A stretch of DNA of 42,202 nt from Capsulimonadales bacterium (GTDB lineage Bacteria; Armatimonadota; Armatimonadia; Armatimonadales; Armatimonadaceae). Under the pieces are notes generated by a model. That model saw only the letters and a list, made by a program, of their open reading frames with translations, searched no databases and was not told the DNA's origin. Within the stretch, counting starts at the first letter, position 1. The number at the start of each line of letters is the position of its first letter. Below, in pieces: positions 9,243 through 18,170 of this stretch. The translations under genes were made by a program, and so were the position numbers. The stretch lies in contig JANRLW010000096.1 of the NCBI GenBank assembly GCA_033762295.1, positions 1 through 42,202 on the forward strand. The letters run 5' to 3'.

Positions 9243-10473
9243 TCAATCGGTAGAGCATCTCGCCCGCCGAGGGGACGAGCAGAATCCCCTCGTCCTCCCG
9301 GTCGGCAAACGCTGCCGGATCGATGGTGGCCGGATCACGATATCCCAGGTTGACCGCGCGGCAATCCGCCTCCGGAATCGCCGTCGCCAGGGTTACGGTC
9401 ACGCGCGGACGCTCCGTTCGGGTCGCGACGTCATAGGTACCGATTCCCCGGACGTGCGAGGAGTGCGCAAGGATTCCCCAGGGTTCGTGGCGGAAGCGTT
9501 CCCAGTCCGCCAGGAAGTAGTCGCGGGTATGGTAGCCGATCCGCCGAATCGCCGCATCATGGGTTGTCGAAAAGGTATGGATGTGCGGGCCGTAGATAAT
9601 GAGTTCGCCGCCGTCCGCGACGACCGGTTCCAGTTTGTACATACACTTCCCGCCGACCCAGACTTCGTCGTACATCGGAGGGGCGCAGGACAGCACGGTA
9701 TGGAACGGACGGTCCTTGTAGAGGATATGCAGGGTATCCGAGAGGTCCGCCGCCTTCGACCAGGCCTCCTCCGGCGTTCCGGCGAACAACCCTGCCAGTC
9801 GGCGATCGTGCACGACCATACAGAAGGCGAACCTCGGCACCGAAATCATGGCCGCGGCGCGATCGACCACCGCCCGTACCGGTGTCCGTTTGTTGCCGAT
9901 GATTTCCGGGTTGGTAATGACCGCCCCGAGCCAGTGAAAGAAGTTCAGCAGTTCCGGGCCGCCGATACCGGGGAACAGGTACTTGTTGCCGCCCGAAAAA
10001 CCGACCACCTCGTGCGGAAAGACCGGGCCGACGATGACGAGCCGGTCGTACTCCAGGACGGCGCGGTTGATGGTCACCGGAACCTCCATCGAGAACAGGC
10101 CGCCCGACAGCGCTTCGATCTCGCTCGCCGGGATTGTGCCCAGCAAGGCGAGGGCGTTCGGGTCATCCCAGGCATGGTTAAACATGCGGACGCGGGCGTA
10201 TCGCGTCGCTCGCTCCTCCGCCGTGATCCCGAGTCGTCGGTTAATCGCCTCGTCGGTCATCGGGGGATGAGTTCCGAGCGCAATCATCACATCCATTTGC
10301 GCGACCTCGGTTCCGATCGCCCGATGCAGCGCCCGGAACAGCACGTCGACCGGCGCGGTGCGGGTGGAATCGGGGACGATCAGCAGGACGCGCTTTCCGG
10401 CCAGCGCGAGCGGCGCGAGCGCCTCCGCGACGATCCCGGTCACTTCCTCCTCGGTGAGATACGATGGTGTCAT
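9235..10473 (-). CDS. Lactate racemase LarA-family (nickel-pincer-dependent racemase/epimerase) protein
   Basis: VPDSTRT, IALGTHPPM, FPHEVVGFSGGNKYLFPG, FFHWLG, KCMYKLEPVVADGGELII. Start placed at ATG 10473. Confidence 0.88.
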   Translation of the reverse strand: MTPSYLTEEEVTGIVAEALAPLALAGKRVLLIVPDSTRTAPVDVLFRALHRAIGTEVAQMDVMIALGTHPPMTDEAINRRLGITAEERATRYARVRMFNHAWDDPNALALLGTIPASEIEALSGGLFSMEVPVTINRAVLEYDRLVIVGPVFPHEVVGFSGGNKYLFPGIGGPELLNFFHWLGAVITNPEIIGNKRTPVRAVVDRAAAMISVPRFAFCMVVHDRRLAGLFAGTPEEAWSKAADLSDTLHILYKDRPFHTVLSCAPPMYDEVWVGGKCMYKLEPVVADGGELIIYGPHIHTFSTTHDAAIRRIGYHTRDYFLADWERFRHEPWGILAHSSHVRGIGTYDVATRTERPRVTVTLATAIPEADCRAVNLGYRDPATIDPAAFADREDEGILLVPSAGEMLYRLKR

Positions 10474-10813
10474 GGGACCAGTGTATCGGAAGGATATTTC
10501 GACAACCAATACTGCCTCCCGCTTAACTCCGTTGAAACCGGTCGCCGGGAAGGCGACCGAAAAATGCATGGCAGTCAGGTTTCTTTTCGGATACGATAAT
10601 GGGGCGATGATGCCGGCGGAATCTTTACCTGCCCCAATTGAAAACAACAGTTTCTGTGATCGTGTCCTCATCTGGGTGGATAGAAATCTCCTGACCCGAT
10701 TTTGACCCCTCCTTTTTCTGTCTGCCTGGGTACCGCATCCCTCTTTCCGGAGAGGAATCGTTTTCCGGAAACGGAGCCGGACCGCTCTCCGGCGGAAAGG
10801 GTATCGTCAACCG

Positions 10814-11053
10814 ATGACCCAGGATTTTGAACGGACGCGTCAGGACATCGCCGGTCGCGGCGTTACCATCACGTCCTGGTACGAGAGCGCAACCCGGCGT
10901 TATCGTGCCAATGCTCCGGCTTATCTTCACCTCTTCAACGATAGTGATTCGCCCGACGCTCGGAACACCGGGACAACCCGGGAAAGCGCCGTTCGTGCGG
11001 TCCGAGACCGCCTGACCCACTGCCTGGAGCAACAGAACAGGAAAAACCGGTGA
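10814..11053 (+). CDS. Small hypothetical protein, possibly HicB N-terminal-like fold
   Basis: 79-aa ORF with a GTGA overlap onto the next gene. Pattern YRANAP...TGTTRESAVRAVRDRL. Confidence 0.55.
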   Translation: MTQDFERTRQDIAGRGVTITSWYESATRRYRANAPAYLHLFNDSDSPDARNTGTTRESAVRAVRDRLTHCLEQQNRKNR

Positions 11054-11763
11054 AGGAGTCCGGACGGGACAGCCGCCCCCCGGCGCGAGTACGTATGGCG
11101 GCCTGGATACTGAGTCTGGCCACTCGCCTGCTTTATGCCACCTTGCGGGTTCGCGTCGAAGGGGAGACCGATCCGGAGGCTCTGTGTCGCGAATATGGCG
11201 GCGTCATTCTGGTTGCCTGGCACGGGCAAAGCCTCGTCCCTATCGCCCGTTCCGCCGGAAAGAATTATTACGGGATGGTTTCTCTCTCCAGGGACGGTGA
11301 CTTTCTTACGGAATGCTTCCGGCAACTGGGGTGGCGGACGGTCCGTGGTTCAACCGGTCGTCACGGCGTTCTGGCGATGAAATCCGCTCTGAGCCTCCTG
11401 AGAAAACCGGGAACCGTTCTGGCAATCACCCCGGACGGTCCGAGGGGTCCGGCACGTCGCGCCCATCCGGGGGTCATTTTGCTGGCGGGAAGGTCCAACT
11501 GCCCGATCCTCCCGGTCGGTATTGGGATCCGTCATGCATGGCAGTTAAACAGCTGGGACCGTTTCCGGATCCCCCTGCCGTTTTCGCGCGTCCGCTGGAT
11601 CTTTGGGCAGCCGATCTTCGTCGATCCGACCGATGATCCGGAGGAAATCCGTCGTTTGCTGGAAACGACACTCACGAACCTGGAAAAAGAAGCGGCGAGT
11701 CCCTTCGCGACTTCGAACGAACCGGCGTATGTCGAGACACCCGCACAGGACACCGCCTGTTGA
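11050..11763 (+). CDS. DUF374 lysophospholipid acyltransferase family protein
   Basis: LVAWHGQ, SLSRDGD, VRGST, ITPDGPRGP, LNSWDRFRIPLPFSR. Confidence 0.9.
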   Translation: MKESGRDSRPPARVRMAAWILSLATRLLYATLRVRVEGETDPEALCREYGGVILVAWHGQSLVPIARSAGKNYYGMVSLSRDGDFLTECFRQLGWRTVRGSTGRHGVLAMKSALSLLRKPGTVLAITPDGPRGPARRAHPGVILLAGRSNCPILPVGIGIRHAWQLNSWDRFRIPLPFSRVRWIFGQPIFVDPTDDPEEIRRLLETTLTNLEKEAASPFATSNEPAYVETPAQDTAC

Positions 11764-11773
11764 CCGCCTACCC

Positions 11774-11816
11774 CTCTCCGACGCGGCGGAGGATTTTCAT
11801 TCGCCGCGTCGGGGAG
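11774..11816. terminator. Hairpin between convergent genes
   Basis: CCGACGCGGCG / CGCCGCGTCGG perfect core, extendable to about 17 bp with G-U pairs. Confidence 0.65.
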
Positions 11817-11832
11817 CCGATGCCGTTCGATG

Positions 11833-12081
11833 CTAGAAAATGCAGGTCCACTCGGTGACGACATCACGGATTCCGGCTCGTTGCCGCAAAGCCTTGATCA
11901 GGACCGTGATATCGCTCTCGAAAGTGCCTTCCCGCCCACGAACCGGACGTACTTTGCCATGCAGGTAAATCACTCCATGGCTGGAGGAAATCTGCACTTC
12001 GTTACAATCGACGCTGTGGCGGCTGAGTTCGCGGCGCGCATCACTGCACATCGTCCGGTTCGCCTGTTTGATTTTGTTCAA
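11833..12081 (-). CDS. Small BON-domain-like protein
   Basis: RRELSRHSVDCNEVQISSSHGVIYLHGKV...GIRDVV pattern. TTG start with an AGGA RBS. Confidence 0.6.
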   Translation of the reverse strand: MNKIKQANRTMCSDARRELSRHSVDCNEVQISSSHGVIYLHGKVRPVRGREGTFESDITVLIKALRQRAGIRDVVTEWTCIF

Positions 12082-12222
12082 AGGTTCCTGCCTTTTCGTG
12101 ACGCCGAATAGTGAAACGTAAAAACCGCTTCCCGTCCGTGGCGCACCCAGACAATATACCCTGATTTTTAACTTTTTTCCGAAAAATTAAAAATAAAGCA
12201 CAAAGTTTCGACTGTAACGGCC

Positions 12223-14244
12223 CTACGAACCGAGCAGTTTTCGCGCCTGCCCCTTGACGGTGTCGTCCGTCGCCTTCTGCGCGATCTTGTTCAGCGCGGC
12301 CAGGGTCGCCGGCCCCTTGACCGCCGGAAGGGTCGCATCTCCCTTCTTCTGCTCCGCTGCCAGATAGAGCGCCGTATCCGCCGCGACATCGAACAGCGCC
12401 GGGTCGTCAAGGGCGGCGTTCGCCAGTTCCATCGCTTCGGGCACCCGGGTCTCGCGCAGAATACCCAGCGCCTGCTGCTTCTCCTCCGGACGTTCGGCGG
12501 CAGCGATTCCGTCCTTTACCTTCGCGACCCGTTCCGCCGGCGGCATCCTCTCCTCCTGCCCGAGCAGACGGAAATACCCGCGCAATGCCTGAATACGGTA
12601 CGTTTTGCCGGCATCGGTCTTCGCGGTCGCGAGCAGGAGCGGCAGCGGCCGGGCATCCCCCCAGGTTTCGGCCAGTCCCGTGATCGCCGCCGTCTTGACG
12701 TCGGCATCGCTCGAACCGACCGCTTTGCTGAGTTCGGTCAGGCCCCGGTCGCCGCCGATCCGGGCCAGCGCGCCGAGCAGGATCGCTTTGACGGGCGGGG
12801 CCGCAGGTTCCAGCGCGGCGATCAGCGCGTCCTCCGTTCCCGGAACGAGCCGGGCGTTCGCCACCAGGGTCGACTGTGCCGCCTCCCGCACGGTCTCGCT
12901 CGACGTGTCGGTCAGTGTCCGGAGCAGGACGCCGTTCTCCATCGGCACCCGATGCCGTTCCACCGCCTTCAGGGCCTCGGTCACGATGGTCTCGTCGGCA
13001 TCGGCGACCGACGCGGTCAGCAGGGCGACATCCTCCCCGGTTCCCCGTTCGGCCAGGATGCCGAGCAATGCGAGGCGGGCGGACTTTTCGCCGGTCTTCG
13101 CCGTCCGCAGGATCGCGGCGTCGGCGTCCGCTCCCGGAAGCTGAACCAGTGCGACACGCGCGGCCTGTTTCGTCTCCCCCTGCCCGGTGGCAGCCACCGT
13201 CACCAGTGTCGGCACGGCCTTCGCCCCGCCCAGTGTCGCCAGCGCCTGCACCGCGGTCACCCGGAGCAGTTCGTTCTCGGCGGTTAGCGCGGACTCGGCC
13301 AGCGGCAGCGCGGCGGCTTCCCGACGCGCGGTCAGTCCGGCGAGCAGCGGCATCAGGGCGACCGGCGGCAGTTTCCGCCAGGCGGGGACGCTTTTGCGGA
13401 CGGTCGCGCGGTCGGCGACGGTCGCGACCACGTTCCCGGCAGTGGCGGCGACCCGTTCATCGGACGCGGTCAGGGCGTTCTGACCGATCGCCAGCGCCTG
13501 CTTCGGATCTACCGAGGCCAGACGGCGCAGAGCGGCCACTCGAACCGCGGACTCACGGCCCCGTTTCGCCTGAAAGGCATACAGTTCCGCCGCCTGCACG
13601 GGCTTTCCGCCGGCGGCGAGCCGATCTCCGGCACGCAGTAACGCCTGCCCGACCAGCAGCGGACGCCCCTCGGTCGCCCGCAAAACCGCGATCGCGGACG
13701 GGGTTCCGATCTTGCCCAGAGCGACCACCGCCGCGTCGGCGATCATCCGGTCCGGGTGGGTGACCAGCGGTACCAGTGCGGGCGCGGCGTCCGCCGCCCC
13801 GCGATTCCCCAGCGTATTGATAATTCCGACCGCTCTCTTGCCTCTGGCGGTCTTCAGAGCGGTCATCAACGACTTCGCAACCGTCGGCGACGGGCTGCTC
13901 TCCAGTCCGTAGCGGGCGATATCGGCGGTCCTTTCGTCGCCGAGAAGCCCGATCAGGACGGCGACCGACCGTTCCGCCCCGAGCATCCGGAGCAGGTGAC
14001 AGGCTTCCTGCTTCCCGGCGAACGTCGCGGTGGGATCGCGCAGAACCGCGATCAGTCCGTCCTCGAGTCGCGCCCGGTTCGTCGGTTCGGCGAGCGACTT
14101 CTGTACTTCGACCCGGAGTTCCTCGACGACCTGACGCTGCTGGAAATCGTAGGTTTTCAGCCGTGCGAACGGGTCCTCCTGCGCGCAGGCGGTCCCGGTC
14201 AGCCAGCCGACCAGCGTGATAAGGGGAAAAAGCGTTCGTTTCAT
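12223..14244 (-). CDS. Secreted or envelope HEAT/PBS-lyase repeat protein
   Basis: Signal peptide MKRTLFPLITLVGWLTGTACA. Repeated helical units (AAVVALGKIG, AVQALATLGGAKAVPTL, ALARIGG). Start at ATG 14244. Confidence 0.85.
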   Translation of the reverse strand: MKRTLFPLITLVGWLTGTACAQEDPFARLKTYDFQQRQVVEELRVEVQKSLAEPTNRARLEDGLIAVLRDPTATFAGKQEACHLLRMLGAERSVAVLIGLLGDERTADIARYGLESSPSPTVAKSLMTALKTARGKRAVGIINTLGNRGAADAAPALVPLVTHPDRMIADAAVVALGKIGTPSAIAVLRATEGRPLLVGQALLRAGDRLAAGGKPVQAAELYAFQAKRGRESAVRVAALRRLASVDPKQALAIGQNALTASDERVAATAGNVVATVADRATVRKSVPAWRKLPPVALMPLLAGLTARREAAALPLAESALTAENELLRVTAVQALATLGGAKAVPTLVTVAATGQGETKQAARVALVQLPGADADAAILRTAKTGEKSARLALLGILAERGTGEDVALLTASVADADETIVTEALKAVERHRVPMENGVLLRTLTDTSSETVREAAQSTLVANARLVPGTEDALIAALEPAAPPVKAILLGALARIGGDRGLTELSKAVGSSDADVKTAAITGLAETWGDARPLPLLLATAKTDAGKTYRIQALRGYFRLLGQEERMPPAERVAKVKDGIAAAERPEEKQQALGILRETRVPEAMELANAALDDPALFDVAADTALYLAAEQKKGDATLPAVKGPATLAALNKIAQKATDDTVKGQARKLLGS

Positions 14245-14248
14245 GATC

Positions 14249-14272
14249 TTTCGTCTATAGTTTCGTCTATAG
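14249..14272. repeat. Exact 12-bp tandem duplication (TTTCGTCTATAG x2) at the Gfo/HEAT gene junction
   Basis: Positions 14249-14260 are identical to 14261-14272, and the unit includes the TAG stop on the minus strand. Confidence 0.9.
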
Positions 14273-15571
14273 GTGCCAGGGAGCGCGCATCGGCGTCGAG
14301 AGCATTCGGGACGCGCCGGGGTCATCGAGAAAAGTTTCCGTCACCGGATTCCAGCGGAGTTTCCGACCGGTCAGCATCGCGATCTGGCCCAGGTGTCCGA
14401 TCGAGGCGGAGCGGTGGGCGGTTTCCGCCGGGGTCAGGGTCGGCTGACGGGTCTTAACCGCGTTCAGGAACTCGCGATGGTGTCCGGGGCTTCGCAGCAG
14501 GTGTACCTCATTGGGTCCTGCCTTCTCCTCCAGCAGACTGCGCGGGTTGGCATCGAGTCCGCCACGGTCCACCCAGATCCAGTGACCGTTCTCGCCGATC
14601 CATTTGGTCCCGCCGCGAATCCCGCGGTTGCCGCCGTTGGCGACGATCATTTCGACGCCGCCGGGGTACTTGCAGGTGAAGTAGTAGGTGGTCGCCGCGT
14701 CCCAGATTCCCTGCTTCGGGTATTCGCCGGTCCCCTCGATCTCAATCGGCCCGGTGTGGTCCCAGCCCATGCCCCAGTGGGCGATATCGCCGTGGTGGCC
14801 GATCCAGTCCATCATCTGACCGCCGCCGTAATCGAGTTGCCAGCGCCAGTTCCAGTGCGCGCGCTGGTCGCAGTAGGGATGCCAGCGGGCGGGTCCGACC
14901 CAGAATTCGTAGTCGAGTTCGGGGGGCGCTTCCTTGAATTGCACCGGGTCGCACGGCCTTCCGGTCGGCAGACCCACTTCGATGCGCACGACTTTGCCAA
15001 TCCGTCCGTTGCGTACCAGTTCGCACGCCTGCCGGAAGTTGTCGACCGATCGCTGCCAGCTGCCGGTCTGCCAGATACGCCCGTTCTTCTTCTGCGCGTC
15101 GGCCATGGCTCGGCCTTCGGCCAGACAGTGGCTGATCGGCTTTTCGCCATAGACATCCATCCCGTGGTTCATCGCCAGAACGGCCGGGACGGCGTGCCAG
15201 TGGTCGGGGGTGGCCAGCGAGATGGCATCGATATCCTTGCGGGCCAGCAGTTCGCGGAAATCGGCGTAGGCCGTGCAATCCTTGTTGTTGTAGTGGCGAT
15301 CCACCTTGTTTTTGGCATCGCGCAGGTGGTTCTTATCGACATCGCAGACGGCGACGACCCGGGTATCGGGCTGTCCGAGGAAGGCGTCCATGTTCCCGTT
15401 GCCCATACCTCCCATGCCGATACAGCCGATGGTGATACGGTTCGAGGGCGCGAGTCGCCCGGCGCGGCCGAGAGCGGACGCAGGCACAATATGGAACAGG
15501 GCGGTTCCGGTTCCCACCCCGACCAGACGATTCAGAAACGAGCGGCGATTGATCGGTCCGAGATCGGTCAT
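14267..15571 (-). CDS. Tat-exported Gfo/Idh/MocA family oxidoreductase
   Basis: INRRSFL twin-arginine motif, IGCIGMGGMG, ATPDHWH, YGEKP, DWIGHHGD. Start at ATG 15571. Confidence 0.92.
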   Translation of the reverse strand: MTDLGPINRRSFLNRLVGVGTGTALFHIVPASALGRAGRLAPSNRITIGCIGMGGMGNGNMDAFLGQPDTRVVAVCDVDKNHLRDAKNKVDRHYNNKDCTAYADFRELLARKDIDAISLATPDHWHAVPAVLAMNHGMDVYGEKPISHCLAEGRAMADAQKKNGRIWQTGSWQRSVDNFRQACELVRNGRIGKVVRIEVGLPTGRPCDPVQFKEAPPELDYEFWVGPARWHPYCDQRAHWNWRWQLDYGGGQMMDWIGHHGDIAHWGMGWDHTGPIEIEGTGEYPKQGIWDAATTYYFTCKYPGGVEMIVANGGNRGIRGGTKWIGENGHWIWVDRGGLDANPRSLLEEKAGPNEVHLLRSPGHHREFLNAVKTRQPTLTPAETAHRSASIGHLGQIAMLTGRKLRWNPVTETFLDDPGASRMLSTPMRAPWHL

Positions 15572-15747
15572 TCTCTTCCTCCGCGGTGAGCGGGGCGCGT
15601 GCGACAATCGAACGCGCCCGGTTTTGCTTTATTTCGCTCAACCACCCCCGATTCCCTGCCTGAAATTCCCGGCAGGCGACCCTGAAACCTTTACGGATCC
15701 GCCTCGGATACGGAGCCTGATTCAGGATTCCGATCGAAAAACATCGA

Positions 15748-17055
15748 TTACGGGAAACTGGGGGCGAGCAACACCGCAAACGGAATCACCGCGACTTCAT
15801 CGGTATCGGAAAAGCCCAGCACGAGAGTCGATTTTGTCGTTGCCAGCGCACGAGGACCTTTTTTCGGAAAGTTCAGTATTTTCCGGTCCGTGAAGGCGGC
15901 GCAGGGCGGCAACGCGACCTGGGAGAGTGCGGAGCCATAGGGAATCGGCGGCGAGAGTACGAGACTGCCCTTCGTCCCGCGCCAGAAGACCAGTTTATGA
16001 GAAACATGGCAGGCGGCCAGTAGATCAAGCACACCATCTCCGTCCACATCGGCAAGATGCACATCGCGTATCTCATCGGCTGTCTTGAGATAGTCGTCAT
16101 CGGTTCCTATGGGCAGCGACCCGGCGAAGCGAAAGCGGTCGCGCTCATTATGAAACACGGTCACGTTATCGGTGCCGTCGCGGTTTCCCACCACCAGATC
16201 GGGGCGACCATCTCCGTCGATATCCCCGGCGCGAAGGTGGTAGGGAATATTGCCGTAACTGGAAAAGGTACGCCAGGGAACGAAGCCCTTGCCGTCGTTC
16301 AAACGAACATCCACGAGATTGGACGAGTAAAGGGTCATGGCGACATCCATTTTGCCATCCCTATCGAAGTCAGCCGCCGCAATGTCCCGGGGGCCGGGAG
16401 GGGTGACAAAACGGGTCTGCTTGAAGCCACGCTTGCCATTGTTGTGCAAGAGATAGAGAAAGTCGCTTGTCCAGGCAACGGTGGCAATATCGGGCTTGCC
16501 ATCGCGGTTGAAATCGGCAATCGTCAAGGAGGTCAGACCGGGCATTCCATAGATGATTTCCCCCTGGCTGTTGTAGGCCTTGTGGTCACTATTGCCCTCG
16601 CCTTCCATCTTATAATGCCGTGCCGCCTCAAACGGTGCGTTGCCGGACTTTGCCCCATAGAGGATCGTCAGGTCACGACCGTCGGCGGCTTGAAAATTGG
16701 CAACCACAATATCAAGGCGACCATCCCCGTCCATATCGGCGATACGGGTCGTATACGGCCCGAAGCCAACCGTCTCGTCAAACCGCTGATATCCGCCATT
16801 CCCGCGCGACAGGTAGACGGTAATCGTCTCGTTGGCAGGCCGCTCCAGTCTGGTCGGTTTGAGATCGCCACGACACGCCACGACAATATCCTCGGTTCCG
16901 TCGCGGTTAAAATCCGCCAGTGAGACATGATACGGATAGGCTCCGGTCGGCAGGAAGCGGACCGACGCGGGATAGTTGATCGGCTCCTGCGGCGTTGGAG
17001 CCTGGACTCCGTCAGGCAATACCAGGGCAAGCAACAGGGCAAAAAGCATGTACAT
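15748..17055 (-). CDS. Secreted FG-GAP/VCBS-repeat (beta-propeller) protein
   Basis: Signal peptide and six D-x-[DN]-x-DG-x-x-D repeats (ADFNRDGTEDI, ADMDGDGRLDI, ADFNRDGKPDI, ADFDRDGKMDV, GDIDGDGRPDL, ADVDGDGVLDL). Confidence 0.9.
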   Translation of the reverse strand: MYMLFALLLALVLPDGVQAPTPQEPINYPASVRFLPTGAYPYHVSLADFNRDGTEDIVVACRGDLKPTRLERPANETITVYLSRGNGGYQRFDETVGFGPYTTRIADMDGDGRLDIVVANFQAADGRDLTILYGAKSGNAPFEAARHYKMEGEGNSDHKAYNSQGEIIYGMPGLTSLTIADFNRDGKPDIATVAWTSDFLYLLHNNGKRGFKQTRFVTPPGPRDIAAADFDRDGKMDVAMTLYSSNLVDVRLNDGKGFVPWRTFSSYGNIPYHLRAGDIDGDGRPDLVVGNRDGTDNVTVFHNERDRFRFAGSLPIGTDDDYLKTADEIRDVHLADVDGDGVLDLLAACHVSHKLVFWRGTKGSLVLSPPIPYGSALSQVALPPCAAFTDRKILNFPKKGPRALATTKSTLVLGFSDTDEVAVIPFAVLLAPSFP

Positions 17056-17121
17056 TCGATTTACCTTTAAGAGGTGAGAAGAAAGGAGAAAGCGCTTTTC
17101 TTCTTTCTTCTCCCTGCTTCC

Positions 17122-17910
17122 TTAGTTGTACAGCGGGAAGCCAGCAGTCTTATCCGGGTAACCGGGGTACATCCACAAGCCACGAGCAGGCCAGATGTAG
17201 ATGGTGCTTCGTTGTGCCTGGTTGAAGTCCACCTGGCGCATATCATACCACTTGGCATGACCGTCGGCGAAGACGATATTATCGCCGCCCATGTGAAGGG
17301 CGCGCATACGAATCTTGTTCACGAACGCCGGAGCCTCATAGGTGGCGTAGCTACATGAGGTGGTGTAGGAGGTCGAGTGGAAGTGCATCAGCACATTGGC
17401 AGGCTGCGACACCTCGGCAAGCGTGGCAGGTGTCAAATAGGTCTCGGAGCCGTCCGGCGAGGTCAGGTAATCGCCGAAGGGGTAGGTATCGTCACGTCCC
17501 AGAAACCAGTTGTAGGTATAGGAGTTGGAGATCGGGTAACCGTTGTGCTTGGCGCAGACACCGGTCAGACCGGAGAAGGTCGCCGGGGTATTCGGACAAC
17601 GGTAAAGCTGCCGGTTCTTGATGTACGGTTCCAGGCGCATCGGCCAACCGCTGAGCGGATCGCCTTTGGCGTTCCGGACGCCATCGAGCGGGCCGAATCC
17701 CGAGTCCGCTGCGCCGGTCGGGACGTACCGCTCATCATTGTCCTGAATGTACATCATCTGACCGAGGCCGATCTGCTTCACATTGGACAGGCAGGTGATG
17801 GAACGGGCCTTCTCACGGGCCTGGGCAAAGACCGGGAACAGGATCGCGGCAAGAATCGCGATAATAGCGATTACAACGAGAAGTTCGATCAGCGTAAAGG
17901 CTTTGCTCAT
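17122..17910 (-). CDS. Prepilin-type N-terminal cleavage/methylation protein with DUF1559 region and H-X9-DG motif
   Basis: [36 protein letters not shown] and [24 protein letters not shown]. Start at ATG 17910. Confidence 0.92.
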   Translation of the reverse strand: MSKAFTLIELLVVIAIIAILAAILFPVFAQAREKARSITCLSNVKQIGLGQMMYIQDNDERYVPTGAADSGFGPLDGVRNAKGDPLSGWPMRLEPYIKNRQLYRCPNTPATFSGLTGVCAKHNGYPISNSYTYNWFLGRDDTYPFGDYLTSPDGSETYLTPATLAEVSQPANVLMHFHSTSYTTSCSYATYEAPAFVNKIRMRALHMGGDNIVFADGHAKWYDMRQVDFNQAQRSTIYIWPARGLWMYPGYPDKTAGFPLYN

Positions 17911-18128
17911 AATTTCCTTCCTCAAATGGACGGTTAGCAGGCGGGTTTGCCAACCTGCTCCAGTATTACATGTTTTTGCCCTATCTTTATTAAGCTAATG
18001 TTAAATTCCCTTTACGCATTCTGACCGACGCACACCACCTCCCAGCTAGCCGGTGGAAACACATCCCGTACTGCCTTTCCCCGGACCACTGCCCGCCTGA
18101 TGTTTTCCGTTGACCGAGCACCGACCTG

Positions 18129-18155
18129 TCCCGGAGGAAACCTTCTCCTCCGGGA
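18129..18155 (-). terminator. Hairpin downstream of the serine hydrolase
   Basis: TCCCGGAGGA / TCCTCCGGGA 10-bp stem with a 7-nt loop. Confidence 0.45.
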
Positions 18156-18170
18156 AGCCGGTTTTCTTTT

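Noticed and set aside
10474..10813. Possible riboswitch or small ORF in the 340-bp divergent intergenic region (hairpin GGTCGCC-GGGAA-GGCGACC)
   Set aside because: I could not match any riboswitch consensus, and the short ORF has no convincing RBS or motif. An Rfam search would settle it.
12093..12105. 13-mer TTTTCGTGACGCC also found just upstream of the tRNA (30043-30055), a possible att site
   Set aside because: It lies outside the tRNA 3' end, there is no integrase, and a few matches of this length are expected by chance in 42 kb.
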